From the NCBI RefSeq assembly GCF_006345805.1, contig NC_043006.1, positions 6,138,001 to 6,202,000 on the forward strand: a stretch of DNA of 64,000 bases, written 5' to 3'. A program made the position numbers and the translations under genes. The notes under the pieces were generated by a model. That model worked only from the letters and a program-made list of their open reading frames with translations, did not search any database and had not been told where the DNA came from. Origin of the DNA: Octopus sinensis (Eukaryota). Below are positions 24,100-36,440 of this stretch, piece after piece (position 1 is the first letter of the stretch; the number at the start of each line of letters is the position of its first letter).

Positions 24100-24300
24100 G
24101 ATTGTTAACCACTATATAGATCGTTAGCCACTACACACATTTTTTTCTCTCCTTGTTTTTTTTTTATGTCCCTTTCTGTTGAAGAGCGTAGGCTCGAAAT
24201 GTAAAAGACTTTTTCTATTCCTGAGCGTTATACTAATACATCTGTTTGTTTTGTACACCACCTATCTTCGTCTTTTGTTTCTTTCGTAAACTCTCCCTAT
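24100..24300 (+). mobile_element. short (TA)n-flanked repeat with a decayed hammerhead motif (24168-24209)
   Basis: CTGTTGA-A-GAGC-GTAG-GCTC-GAAAT-GTA-AAAGAC; homologous to 15398-15530. Confidence 0.6.
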
Positions 24301-24529
24301 ATATATATATATATATACGTGTGTGTATATATGTGTATATATATGTGTGTGTGTATATGTATGTATTTATGTGTAATGTAAGTATCTATGTATAGATAGG
24401 CATTCCTAAGGCAGTTAAGTCAAGGAATGATAGTGGAGAGGGTAAGTTTCCATTACTAAGAAATGTTTCTTGTGATAAGCATCTGAAATAGCTTCTAACA
24501 ACCAAGTCCAATCCTAGTTTTTTTCATAC

Positions 24530-26110
24530 AACTTAGCCTCTAAGTGCATGTATCAACAAGAGAAGGGTTAAAGGTGGGTGCTGGTACCTTAAAGCTAGCG
24601 CTTCAAATTGCCAGAACTCATCAACCTGAGAAAATAGTTCATCAAATAGAGAGGAAGAACTCTTGAGTTCAAATCTCTGCTGCTTTGCAGCTATACCCAT
24701 TGATGTTAGTACGGCACAACAGCCAAACAAAGCAGCAGAGTTCAGAAGGTTACTGGAGGATGCCTTCCATGCAGACCCACCAGATGAGGTAAATAGATGA
24801 GATTGAACTCTCTCGGAGACACCATCCACAGTAATGTATTGAACATCTCTGCTTAGAAACAATTTGAAGCAAGTTCAAGTAGGCTATCCCCGCTGTTATT
24901 GAGGTAAAGTATCCAGCCCAAGCAACCTGGCAAGCGCTAAGAACAGCAAAATGCAAGGCCCAGAAAACAGCCAGATGCAGTGCAAGGCTACAACTTTGCA
25001 AAGGTATACAATCATCATCTGACACAGGTGATATTTATGGAATGTATGAGGGGTTCAGCATAACCATAAACAAGACAGTACCACTGAAAACATGTAACAG
25101 GTGAGACCATCAAAGACAAAGGCAAGCAGATGGGAAGATCAATAGAGCATTAATCTGAACTCCATGGAAAATATTTTGAGCAGTGTGCAAGGTACTGTAG
25201 GATGACTGGCAGTCATCATCATCATCGTTTAACGTCCGCTTTCCATGGGTTGGACGATTTTGATTGAGGGCTGGCGAACCAGATGGTTGCACCAGGCTCC
25301 AATCTTGATCTGGCAGAGTTTCTACAGCTGGATGCCCTTCCTAATGCCAACTACACCGAGAGTGTAGTGAGTGCTTTTTACGTGCCACCGGTACAAGTGT
25401 AGTAGGTGCTTTTTACGTGCCACCGGCAGTGATGGATGAAATAGATACGCTGCCAACTGCTGAAGAACTGAGTAAGGCTATCCATTGTCTTCACATAGGC
25501 AAGGCACCAAAATTAGAGGTCATCATGTGTGCAGAGAAATCAGGTTGCCAAACTTATACAAATTACTGTGCCAGTGCTGGAAAGAAGGAGCAATGCTACA
25601 GAACTTGAGAGGCTGCAATATTGTTCCTCTCTACAAGAATAAAGAGGATAGAAGCAACTGCAACAGTTACAAAGGAATCTCCTTGCAGAGCACCACTGGG
25701 GAAACTCTGCACTCATGTAGTTCTACACAGGCTGCAGAAAAATCACTGAAAGAATATACCCAAGGTCTCATTGCAACTTCAGGCCAAAACACTCTACACT
25801 TAACATAATCGGCCTTTCTCAACAACTACAGGAAAAGTGCAGAAAGCAAAGACACCACTCTACATCACTTTCATTGCTTTGCAAAGGTCTTCAAACTGTT
25901 CAAAATCTTTGACCAAACTGGGTACCTCCGAAATCATTCAGGACTGTTCAGTCATGCAACACAGATGTGAAAGGCATAATTCAGTTTGATGACTCTTCCT
26001 TGGAATCCTTCAACATTAATAGGATAGTGAAACAGGGCTGCCTGCTTGCCCTCACCCTTTTCTTCACTGTCACATTGAAGTATGCCTCTGAAACATCACA
26101 AAGTCAAAAG
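24530..26110 (+). mobile_element. degraded RTE (BovB-like) LINE ORF2, interrupted by an RTE-tail insertion at 25212-25428
   Basis: Frameshifted motifs SDTGDIYGMYEG, PTAEELSKAI, GKAP, CWKEG, IVPLYKNKEDRSNCNSYKGISL and VKQGCLLA. Confidence 0.85.
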
Positions 26111-26619
26111 GAAAACTGCACAGCCTCTCTCGGCGTGTATGTGCGTGCACACACATATATTATACATCTGAAATCAGCAAAGTTTGTGTTATACAAACAT
26201 AGGTAAATGGTAGCTGGTCCAATGATGTATATATATATGTACATATATATTGGCTTCTGTGCTGGTGCACATGACCTGCTGTGCTTGAGACCTATTGAGT
26301 CAAGTACATCAACATCAAAATAAATATCAAATGGAAATTGTAGTTGTGATACCTGTGCCAGTGGCACATGAAAAGCACCATCCGAATGTGGCCGATGCCA
26401 GCGCCGCCTTGACTGGCACCTGTGCCGGTGGCACGTAAAAAGCACCCATTACACTCACGGAGTGGTTGGCGTTAGGAAGGGCATCCAGCTGTAGAAACAC
26501 TGCCAGATCAGATCGGAGTCTGGTGCAGCCTCCTGGCTTCCCAGACCCCAGCTGAACCGTCCAACCCATGCTAGCATGGAAAACAGACGTTAAACGATGA
26601 TGATGATGATGATATATAG

Positions 26620-28290
26620 ATTAAATTGTCGGTACAAGTTATGAAAATTGTAGAAAACGCTAGAGCAGAATTGATTACAGAGAGAGGTAACACAAATGCT
26701 ATGCAGGTTGGTTCTGAGCCAGGGAGAAGTACTACTGATGCCATTTTCCTAGTGAAACAATTGCAGATGTATCAAGCCATGAATAAACCCCAATTCCTGG
26801 ATTTTGTTGATCTAGAGAACGCCTTTAATAAAGAACCCTATTGTGATCTGGTAGTCTTTGAGGAAGCCTGGAATGGGTGAAATGCCTATGAAAGCTCTGT
26901 ACAGGCTATGTACAAACGTAGTCAATAGTGTAAGGGTTAGTGATAAGGTGCATGGCTTAGTGGTTAGGGGCATTTGGCTCATGATCGTAAGGTCGTGAGT
27001 TCAATTCCCGGCGGTGTGTTGTGTCCTTGAGCAAGACTCTTTATTTCATGTTGCTCCAGTCCACTCAGCTGGCAAAAATGAAGTAGTACCTGTATTTCAA
27101 AAAAGGGCCAGCCTTGTCACATTCTGTGTCACGCTGAATCTCTCTGAGAATTATGTTAAGGGTACACGTGTCTGTGGATTGCTCAGTCACTTGCACGTTA
27201 ATTTCACAAGGAAGCTGTTCCGTTGATCATATCAGCTGGGACCCTCATCATCGTAACCGACAGAGTGCTCCTACTAGTGATAAGTATAGCAATGAATTCA
27301 TCCCCTTTCTGTTGATTATAGAGTTCTAAGCCATAGTAGAGGAGTTTTATGACCAGCTGCCTATAAGAGCTTCTTAATGTTGATAACCATATAACTGAAT
27401 ATGTACTAGAATTAGGAAAGAAATTCCAAGTATGGAGACAAAATCAGGAATCAAGGAGCCACAATGTGAATCTAGTAATGACAGGACCCTGCTTTCATCA
27501 GGAAAATGGCCATGCTTGATACGTTGAAAAGATACACCCAGTGTAAAATGTGCGTGCAGAAGAGGTGTAGTGAGATCACAAGCAGGCTAATAGAGAAAGT
27601 AAACTTCACATGTGGCAGTGCACAGAGTCAGTAAGTACTAAGAGCACTTGCAATGTAGACTCCCACCAGTACCCAGGTGATTCTCTAGAAGTAGGGGACA
27701 GGTTGTTATGTAGGAGAACTAATTAATGGTGGAGTTGGGTGTTCTGAAAGTATAGAATAGCCAGAATAAGAGCTGGTTGGCTAAAGTTTAGAGTGCAATT
27801 AACTCTACTGGCAACAAAGGAACCTCTCCCTCAGAATAAAAGGAAGATTCTATGAAGCTTATGTGTAAAGTGTGATGCTACATTGTAATGAGATGTGAAC
27901 CTTGAAAGCAAAGGGTCTGGGAACACTAGAAAGAAATGAGGTAAGCATGCATCACTGGATATAATATAAGTGTGTATGAATGATAGAGCATAAATAAGCT
28001 GAGAGAAAAACTAAATCAAAGAGGAACCAGTTGTGGTGTGCAAGAGAGAAGCCTGCATTGGTATGTGGTACACATGGAGGAAATGTTGTATAAAGGTTTG
28101 CCATGCACTCAAAGTAAATGAAATCTGTGGAAGAGAGAGACTGAGGAAAACTTGGGACAAAACGGTGAAATCAGATCTGAAGTGCTGTTACACTTCATGA
28201 GGGAGACAAGGGGCTCCAATGACTCGTGGTATGCTATGTGGGAAAAGATCTACTTACCCACTCAGGCATGACAAAATGATCTTTAAAATT
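26620..28290 (+). mobile_element. degraded RTE LINE ORF2, interrupted by a SINE
   Basis: GRSTTDAIFLVKQLQ, FVDLENAF, SGKWPC...KRCS, RAGWLKFR and RLRKTWDKTVK. Confidence 0.8.
26945..27272 (+). mobile_element. tRNA-derived SINE (head B + tail Y)
   Basis: A box ATGGCTTAGTGG, B box GAGTTCAATTCC, body TGTGTCCTTGAGCAAGAC...TTGCTCCAGTCC, tail GTACCTGTATTTCAAA...CGTAACCGAC. Confidence 0.8.
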
Positions 28291-29449
28291 GTTGGTATAT
28301 TTGTCAGTGCCAGTAGCACGTAAAAGAACCATCCGAATGTGGCTGTTGCCAGCGCCGCCTCAACTGGCCTCCGTGCCGGTGGCACATAAAAAGCACCAAC
28401 CGATCATGGCCATTGCCAACCTCACCTGGCCCCTGTGCCGGTGGCACGTAAAAAGCACCAACCGATCGTGGCCGTTGCCAGCCTCGCCTGGCCCCTGTGC
28501 CGGTGGCACGTAAAAAGCACCCACTACACTCACGGAGTGGTTGACGTTAGGAAGGGCATCCAGCTGTAGAAACACTGCCAGATCAGACTAGGCCTGGTGC
28601 AGCCTCCTGGCTTCCCAGACCCCGGTCGAACCGTCCAACCCATGCTAGCACGGAAAGCGGACGTTAAACGATGATGATGATGATGATAACACTGGTATGT
28701 ATTGCTAGATTTATGCCTGTACTGGTGAGCACATATGTATTGCATGCATGTCTGCCTACTGTCCGTGTACATCATCGACCCCTTCAGTGATAGCCATATC
28801 ACTCAAGACTCTTTCTCATGTCCCTTGTATCACACATCTCTATTACATATCTATCTATTATCCATACCACTGTCATCAATCATGCCCCCTTTTGCTTATA
28901 CCTTTATCTTTCTTGCTTTTGTTCCCAGTACCTATATCCCAATTACTCATCACTCACTCACCTTTACCTCTCATCAATTGCACAGCCAGAAAACTTTTAA
29001 TATTATCATCATCATCATCATCATTTAACGTCCGCTTTCCATGCTAGCATGGGTTGGACGTATGACTGAGGGCTGGCGAACCAGACGGCTGCACCAGGCT
29101 TCAATCTTGATCTGGCAGAGTTTCTACAGCTGGATGCTCTTCCTAACGCCAACCACTCCGAGAGTGTAGTGGGTGCTTTTTACGTGCTACTGGCACGGGG
29201 CCAGTCAGGCAGTACTGGCAACGACCTCGCTTGAATCTTTTACACATGCCACTGGCGCAGGTGCCAGTAAGGCGATGCTGGTAACGATCATGCTCGAATG
29301 GTGTTTTTTATGTGCCACCGGCACGAAGGCCAGATAGCCGCTCTGGCAATGATCACGCACGGATGGTGCTCTTAATACCCTACTAGCACGGGGCTCGTGC
29401 TAGTAGTTTTAATATATTCCACTATATCTCAATGCACTATAGATTTTGT

Positions 29450-30850
29450 GCTTAGTCCAAATTTTATCTTAATTCAGGGAGCCCATCAACAGATGTTAAA
29501 CTATGAAACAAAATGTAGCAGAAAATGAAAACCCCAGGAAGCTGTGAAAGAAGTGGGGACAAACAGGAAACACCAGGAGACTGTCAGAGTAGTAAGCCAA
29601 GGACAACTTGGACTTGGCAACTACAGCACCAAGAGGTGGAAAAACACCAATACCAGGAGCATAGTGCATAGCTCATAGTGCAACGGATCCATGATTCAAC
29701 AGACAAGGATCACTAGGTGAAAACATTAGGGTTTTCCCCCCCAGTGTCAATGGATACAGTGGGACCCAGCACTCTAGCACCCAATGTCCTAGAAGGAACT
29801 CTGAAACACTGACTAGAGAAAAGTGTCCTCTATGCTTTGTGCTATTACTGATCTCCTGCCAACCCCAAATAACTTTCAAATATGGAGCAAACGAAAAAAA
29901 CCCATCCTGCAAGCACTCTTTCTGCCCTAAACCACATTTTAACCGACTTTGCCTTTCATTCTTTCGGGGTCGATAAATAAAGTACCAGTTATGCACTGGG
30001 ATCGAAGTAATCGACTTAATCCCTTTGTCTGTCCTTTTTTGTCCCCTCTATGTTTAGCCCCTTGTGGATAGTAAAGAAATAGGAATTTCGTCTGCCGTTA
30101 CGCTCTGAGTTCAAACTCTGCCGAGGTCGACTTTGCCTTTCATCCTTTCGGGGTTGATAAATTAAGTACCAGTTACGCACTGGGGTCGATGTAATCGACT
30201 TAACCCCTTTGTCTGTCCCTGTTCGTCCCCTCTATATTTAGTCCCCTGAGGGGAAATAAAGAAATAAATTATGACAGGATTCTTGCAAAAGTCAGTGAGT
30301 GGACCGATCTGCAAAGAGTATAGACTAATAAACTCCAGCCACCACCACCACCAAAGGGTATCCAATTCTTAAAGAAGGCAACAAAGCTCAAAGGTGAAAG
30401 CAAAGGCAAGGGACCCATTTTCTATTTTGCATTCAACCTCCAACTGGGAGATGCAAGTGGACCTGAAGGGCTGATTTGTCTTCTTAGAGGTGATAGTGTT
30501 AATATCACTCTGACCAGACATGTCCCCACTCTCCAGGAGTACAAAAACAATCATTGTGGTTGAACTCACAGAGCCAGGGAAGAACATACTCGATATATCC
30601 CACCAGGTAAACAAAAAACAGAATATCGGGACTTAGTCAAAGAGGCCCTTGTCAAAGGATGGCATGCAGCCTCATACCCCACTGGTCAGCTACCATGGCT
30701 TTCCAGCAAAGAAAATGCCCTATTTCTTGTGGAGAATAGGTCTGGAACCCAGACAACAGGAGAGAGAGCCATCAAAGGGACAGGCACAGCAGCTCAGGGT
30801 GGTTATGGTTGATAAAAGACCACAAACGGAAGCCTTCCACAGGTGAAGAC
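29450..30850 (+). mobile_element. degraded HERO/NeSL-like RLE non-LTR retrotransposon C-terminus, with SINEs inserted at 29945-30265
   Basis: QGQLGLGN, YDRILAKVSEW, IQFLKEG, WEMQVDL, PDM...TIIVVELTEP and VSYHGF fit the RLE signature (W.M.VDL...RPD...VELTVPWE...EVG.RGF). Confidence 0.6.
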
Positions 30851-33303
30851 TAGTTCAGTTCACACTGTCACACTCAGATGAAGCATACAGGCAAAGGAGT
30901 GAAACACGTGTGACCCTGTGATATTTGCTGACAATATGGAAGGGTTTCGAGCATTGCAATGGATTTAGAAGAGCTTGCAAAACCTCTGAATAGCTCCTGC
31001 AGTTTTTGCATAGGACAAAGTATCTCCGATGTTTATTTCATCTTTATATGCACTTAATTTAATTCTTGTTAAAGACGTGTATGAGAAATTTCAAGTCATG
31101 AAGCTGGGAGTTGAGTTCATTTCAAGTAAATAAAGTTTGGTATCACAGACAGACAACTGCAAGGGGGAAATCAGGATAACAATTTAACTTCAAAATGGTT
31201 ATAATTAGTGAAATGAGTTTAATGAGTAATGGCAAAAGTGCAGAAAACTGCATTATAAATAAAAGCATTTGAGTTTGAGCCCAGCCTAAGACAACTGGAG
31301 ACTGGACTAATAAAAATAACAACAAAAAAAAATTTTAATTCATACAAAAGAGAAGTTTAATAATTTGGGAATACTTTGATAAAAGCTCATCTCAAATCCA
31401 AACAATAAATTAGTAGCAAAGAATGAAAGAAGAAAAAAACAGAAGCATCTAAAAGTATTTATAAATAATAGTTGATGTCATCAAAGCCTGTACTGCAAAG
31501 AGCACTCTTCGAAAATACTGGATGATAATTTTCAATCATAGTTATTTTCACTATGTAATTATTTCAGCTGATTCTTGCAAATACTAGCTGATCAATTCTT
31601 AACTACAACATCATTAAACATAATTACTTTAGTGAAGAGGCCATGTTAACAAGTGTTCGACTGTGTATCTTTTATATTATATACTACAGGGACTTATTAA
31701 CAGTGATTCACTTCAGATATAGAGACACAATCTGTGAAGACGAAGGAACATTTGATTTGAATTTCGTTAGAGATTTCAGTTTTGTACTTAAAAGTAGAGG
31801 CTGACACTTCAATCATTAAGGAATGAAAGAGGAAAAAAAAACATAGCTTTCTAATTTTAAAACTATTACAATACGCTAATCTTCAACATTAACTGCACCA
31901 CAAACAGCAGCTATCCACTTCCAACCAAACACTTCTTCCCACGATCTTATGCAGTCTTCTTAAGTGGTTGCCTTCTTTCTTGAACCTAGCAATTAAAAAC
32001 GTACACTACTATAATGGCCCTCAACTTGTCAGTTTCGTCTCACCACGCACCCAGCTTTTCCCAATGTTATGAACCCACACTATAATAATATCTTGGACTT
32101 TGTTATGATAATGCTTTCTTCAGAACTCTTTTGCTATGTCTGCCCTTCCATCAAACACAGAACACCTAAATTAATTGGGCAATAATGAATGCCTGGCAAT
32201 TTGATAATGTCAATATTATATAATATGCCTTCGTTTAAATGCGAATATCAAAAGCTTTGTTTGTTAATTTTCAATTTGGCATAACATTCTCCAATCTACC
32301 TGTTAATGCTTTTTCTTTTTCCATTATCAGATGACTTTTTTTTCTTCTAGTGAATCGAATCTGAAGCACAACATCTTCGTACATCGAGACTAAATATATT
32401 TAGTATTCGTTTATTTTCATTTACTTTAAATTTTCCCCTTTCATTTGTATTTCTTCGTATTGCACAGCTACGTAAATCAGTTTCAATATAATATAGGAAG
32501 GACATCAGGTAATGAGATCGTATTCCGGATATTAACCTTTGATATTTTTGGGGGAGTGGGCCAAATTTTACCAAATGCTAAATTACTGGGGGTCACAGAA
32601 ATATAAAAGTTAGAGTACTTCTAGATTAAGGTCGACGAAATACATACAAAAGGTGTCCTTATATAATCTAAAACTAATCTAAAATTTATTTCTATTCTAC
32701 GCCTTCCAACGTAATTCCAACACAACCCAGTCTTTTGGTATAAATCGAAAACAAATCAACATGTAGTAGTAGTACTAGTGGACAGAAAATAAACGAAATG
32801 ATGCTTTAGAGAAGATTATGATGGTGATGATGATGATGATGATGTAGGTGTTGTGGATTGAAATGTTTTGCTTTCTTTCCTGTTTATGCCATGAATGATG
32901 AGAATTAAAAGAACTCTGGCTTTCAGAAGAGTTTGTATGAAAAACAAAACAAGGTTAAATAGTATGAGTAAATAGTGTCAGCAGCTGGTACAAATGAGAT
33001 GTTCTTATTTCTGTCCAGAATTTTAATAACAAAAAACAAAGGAGTAAACAAAAGACTTATTAGTAAACAGTAATACAAGTAAACAACAGGTAAAAAGACT
33101 TCCCTACCAAATTCCAGGTGAATTCAACTTAAAAATTAATCATAATAATAATAAATCTATTAAACAAAGCGTAATTAATCGTCCACTGATTAAATGAAAA
33201 TCAAGAATCTCAATAATTTTAGTAGAAAGAATGGAACATTATGTCTAGATTATTGTTGTTACACAGACATTGCTCATTAAAAACAGGTAATTCGATCACT
33301 TAC

Positions 33304-33857
33304 CTTTGATTTCAAGGATAACAATATAAAATAATAAGGTTGGTTTTATTGCGAGTGTTGATCACAACTGAGTTTGGCCATAGGAAATGGTTTTGGGAGG
33401 AGAAAATATCAAAAGAAAACTGGTTCCCTTCATCCAAGCATCCCAATAAAAACCACAGAGATATCTAACAACTTTCTGATAATAAAAAGAGTATTTCAGC
33501 CTGGTATTTTGGTAACATAATTAATGGGAATAAAAGAGGTTTTAGTGAAAGTTTGAGAGTCAGTTCTGTGAATGAAGTGTGTGCAAGGCAAAAGCAAAGA
33601 GATTTTTCTCTCCCAATTTCGACATGGTGTTAATTAGTCTTTTATTTGCTCCAAGTGCGCCCTCATAGCAAAACAGCCAACTTGCGATGTACTAATTAAG
33701 AAACTGAGCTCTCAATTGGGTGTGAGTAATGCCCTGATTCTTGAGAAATTACCCGTCAAGTGAGGATCGACTTATGAATAATAATGGAATATTGACATTT
33801 CTGATTTCTTTTTTTGTTTGTTTGTTTCCTCATTCGTAATACTTTTCTGCTGAATTG
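33304..33857 (-). other. candidate non-coding 5'-UTR exon of ATG9
   Basis: Strong minus-strand donor AAG|GTAAGT at 33304/33303 in unique sequence and a possible acceptor (T-run)CTGGGTAG at 33858. No long ORF. Boundaries are unverified. Confidence 0.3.
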
Positions 33858-35251
33858 CTACCCAGAAAAAAAAAAAATATTATTTAAATGCTTCTTTATA
33901 TATATAAAAATAATTTATTTCCTAGTGATTTCATACAGGTTTTGATTAATATCGTGGGTAAAATTAAGTAATTATTACATGAAATATTTGTTTAGAAAAT
34001 ATATTATTATCTAATTATTACTTCATTAACCGGAAGTTGTATTCACCTCAAATTAGTTCTTTTCCTTTTGAAGAATTCTCCGTCATTCATTCTCAAAGAT
34101 TTTATTCTTCCGACCTTTCTTAGAATACTTGAGAAATAATTCTTCAAAAACCATTCATTTTTATTTTTCTTGAGATTATGAACCAAGGAAATGTTCCCCT
34201 TAACTAAAATTTTAAAAAATTATTTAAAGAATGGTCGAAAACATCTTCATTTTCTTCAAATTATAGAAAATGATTTCTGATATTTTTGGCAAAACTCTTT
34301 GCTCGAAGAAAGGGCAAACTTTCGGAATAGCTGTCCCCACAAGTTGAATTTTCTCCGTTTAGCCAGGATTTTAAACTTTTTTTTTTTTTTAACTCTGGCA
34401 CTTCAGAATATTGGTGAAAAAGGTTTTCCTTGAGAAAATATTTAATCTACAATTCTTTGAATGTTGCCTCCACCCCGCGCGAGGAAATCCAACTTACGTA
34501 GGACAGCTGTTACGAAAGACTGCTGAAAGCATTAAGTAATTCTCACGACACATACTTCTACATTTTTCTTATCGACGCAGTCCGAAACAAGATTCTTCGG
34601 ACTAATTTTGAGGAATTTTTCTGAGTATAGATAAATATAATACATTACGGACCTGAATAGCTTAGTTACTCTTTTACTTGTTTCAGTCATTTGACTGCGG
34701 CCATGCTGGAGCACCGCCTTTAGTCGAGCAACTCGACCCCGGGACTTATTCTTTGTAAGCCCAGTACTTATTCTATCGGTCTCTTTTGTCAAACCGCTAG
34801 GTGACGGGGACGTAAACACATCAGCATCGCTTGTCAAGCAATGCTAGGGGGACAAACACAAACACACACACATATATATATATATATTTATACGACAGGC
34901 TTCTTTCAGTTTCCGTCTACCAAATCCACTCACAAGGCAATGGTTGGCCCGGGGCTATAGCAGAAATTCAAGTTATATAATAACTCGATTAATAAAAAGG
35001 TCTAGTAATTATCTTAACTGTGTTAATTTAAAAGAGACTGAAATATCTTTTTACAAAATAAAATTGACCTTTAACTTAATTTTATTCATCTTTCTGCATA
35101 ATAAATATTGAATATCGCTCAAGAAATTTACAAAATAAAACATTGACATAAAATATAATAATTATTAAAACAACATAGAAGTGTATCTTATGTAATTTTT
35201 AGTAATTATTTTATGATTTCCCCAAGCAAAATGAGTGAGTGAAAGACGTAA

Positions 35252-35520
35252 TATGTTTCTTTATTAGCCACACAGGGCTGCACACAGACGGGACAGATTA
35301 CAAGGTAGAGCTTTTCGTTTTGGGGGAGAAAAGAAACAAAAAAAGTGGGGTAGGTTTTCGATCAAAAGGGAAAGAAAAAAAGAAAAAGAAACGATCAATA
35401 GGGATCGGGTATCACAGAAATGTCATGGTGTAAAGGGGGAAGCAGATAAGGTTTATCCGTGGAAAGAAAAGCCTACGGAAAAGACCACGGTAACCTCGGT
35501 CAATACTGTTACATGTTACC
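35252..35520 (-). mobile_element. 3' end of a poly(A)-signal-bearing retroelement
   Basis: Reverse complement of 59580-59698 (GATCCCTTTTGATCGAAAACCTACCCC...GGCTAATAAAGAAACATAT). Confidence 0.6.
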
Positions 35521-35545
35521 ACATTTGTTTGCAAGTAGGTAACCC

Positions 35546-36236
35546 GGTACTACTAGCGAACAGTGGTCCCTGTGTGCGCATCCGCGCTAGCTAGTCGTGA
35601 CTGGTCGATCTTAAAACGACTACCTAGCAAAGTAAATAAAACACAAAATAAATAATTTTTTTACACAAAGTAAAGGATATGGCAATCTTTCGTCTCTAGT
35701 AGACCTTTCCGTCGATTTCCGTAAAAAATTTTTTTTTTTACATATGGGCTTGCGGGAACTTTTGAAGTAATGAGAGCGAAAGAGACTAAGAGAAAGCGAT
35801 TGTATGACGAGGGAAGTTCTTTTGAAGTTACCGTGCATGTGAAGCATTGATGTACATGTGTGTGTGTGTTTGATGGGGGTGTGGGAGACAGTATGTTGTG
35901 TAAGTGAAGTGCTTCTGTTAGTGTGTGTGAAGAGACAGAGTAATGTGTGAAAGAAAGAGATAACTGAAATTTTTTACTCGGTGTATGTGTATATGTATGT
36001 ATATTACTTCAAAAGTTCCCGCAAGCCCATATGTAAAAAAAAAAAAAAAATTTTACGGAAATCGACGGAAAGGTCTACTAGAGACGAAAGATCGCCCAGT
36101 TTCCTTTTTCTTAAACAAAGTAAATAATTTTTTGAAACAAAGTAAATAAAACACAAAACCACAAAGTAAGGATCGACTAGTCGTGACTAGCTAACGCGAG
36201 TGCGCGCACCGGGACCACTGTTCTCTAGTAGCGCCC
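35546..36236. mobile_element. foldback/MITE with ~225-bp terminal inverted repeats
   Basis: Left arm 35546-35771 (CTACTAG.GAACAGTGGTCCC...TCGTCTCTAGTAGACCTTTCCGTCGATTTCCGTAAAA...GCTTGCGGGAACTTTT) is mirrored at 36003-36236. Confidence 0.8.
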
Positions 36237-36239
36237 TGT

Positions 36240-36416
36240 TTTATATAGCGAACGACGTAATAGAGGTTAAACTCTAATAAGAGACGAGAACCTTCACTGC
36301 GGACCTGCTGTTCCTCGCAATTCCCGTAACGCTTAGTTGTTTAATATAGAACGAAATGGAATGATTCACTGCGGAGCTGGGACTTCCGGCAAGTCTTGTT
36401 TTGCCCTTTCTATAGA
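36240..36416 (+). promoter_or_regulatory. probable CNOT9 promoter/5' UTR with an ETS-like site
   Basis: Locally CpG-richer unique sequence, with ACTTCCGG at 36382-36389 just upstream of the ATG. Confidence 0.4.
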
Positions 36417-36440
36417 ATGCATACAATCAGTGCTCAGCAG
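36417..36440 (+). CDS. CNOT9: CNOT9 coding exon 1 (MHTISAQQ)
   Basis: ATGCATACAATCAGTGCTCAGCAG|gtaaat. The 8 codons resemble human MHSLATAA and splice in phase 0 to CCA CGC at 42828. Confidence 0.8.

Noticed and set aside
24533-25025. Minus-strand ORFs (109 and 91 aa) as ATG9 exons
   Set aside because: They are antisense to a degraded RTE ORF2 and have no ATG9 similarity; the ATG9 N-terminus is already complete at 17408.
33304-33625. ATG at 33625 (minus) as a coding first exon
   Set aside because: The frame stops after 21 codons and the other frames also contain stops; at most this is a uORF in a UTR exon.
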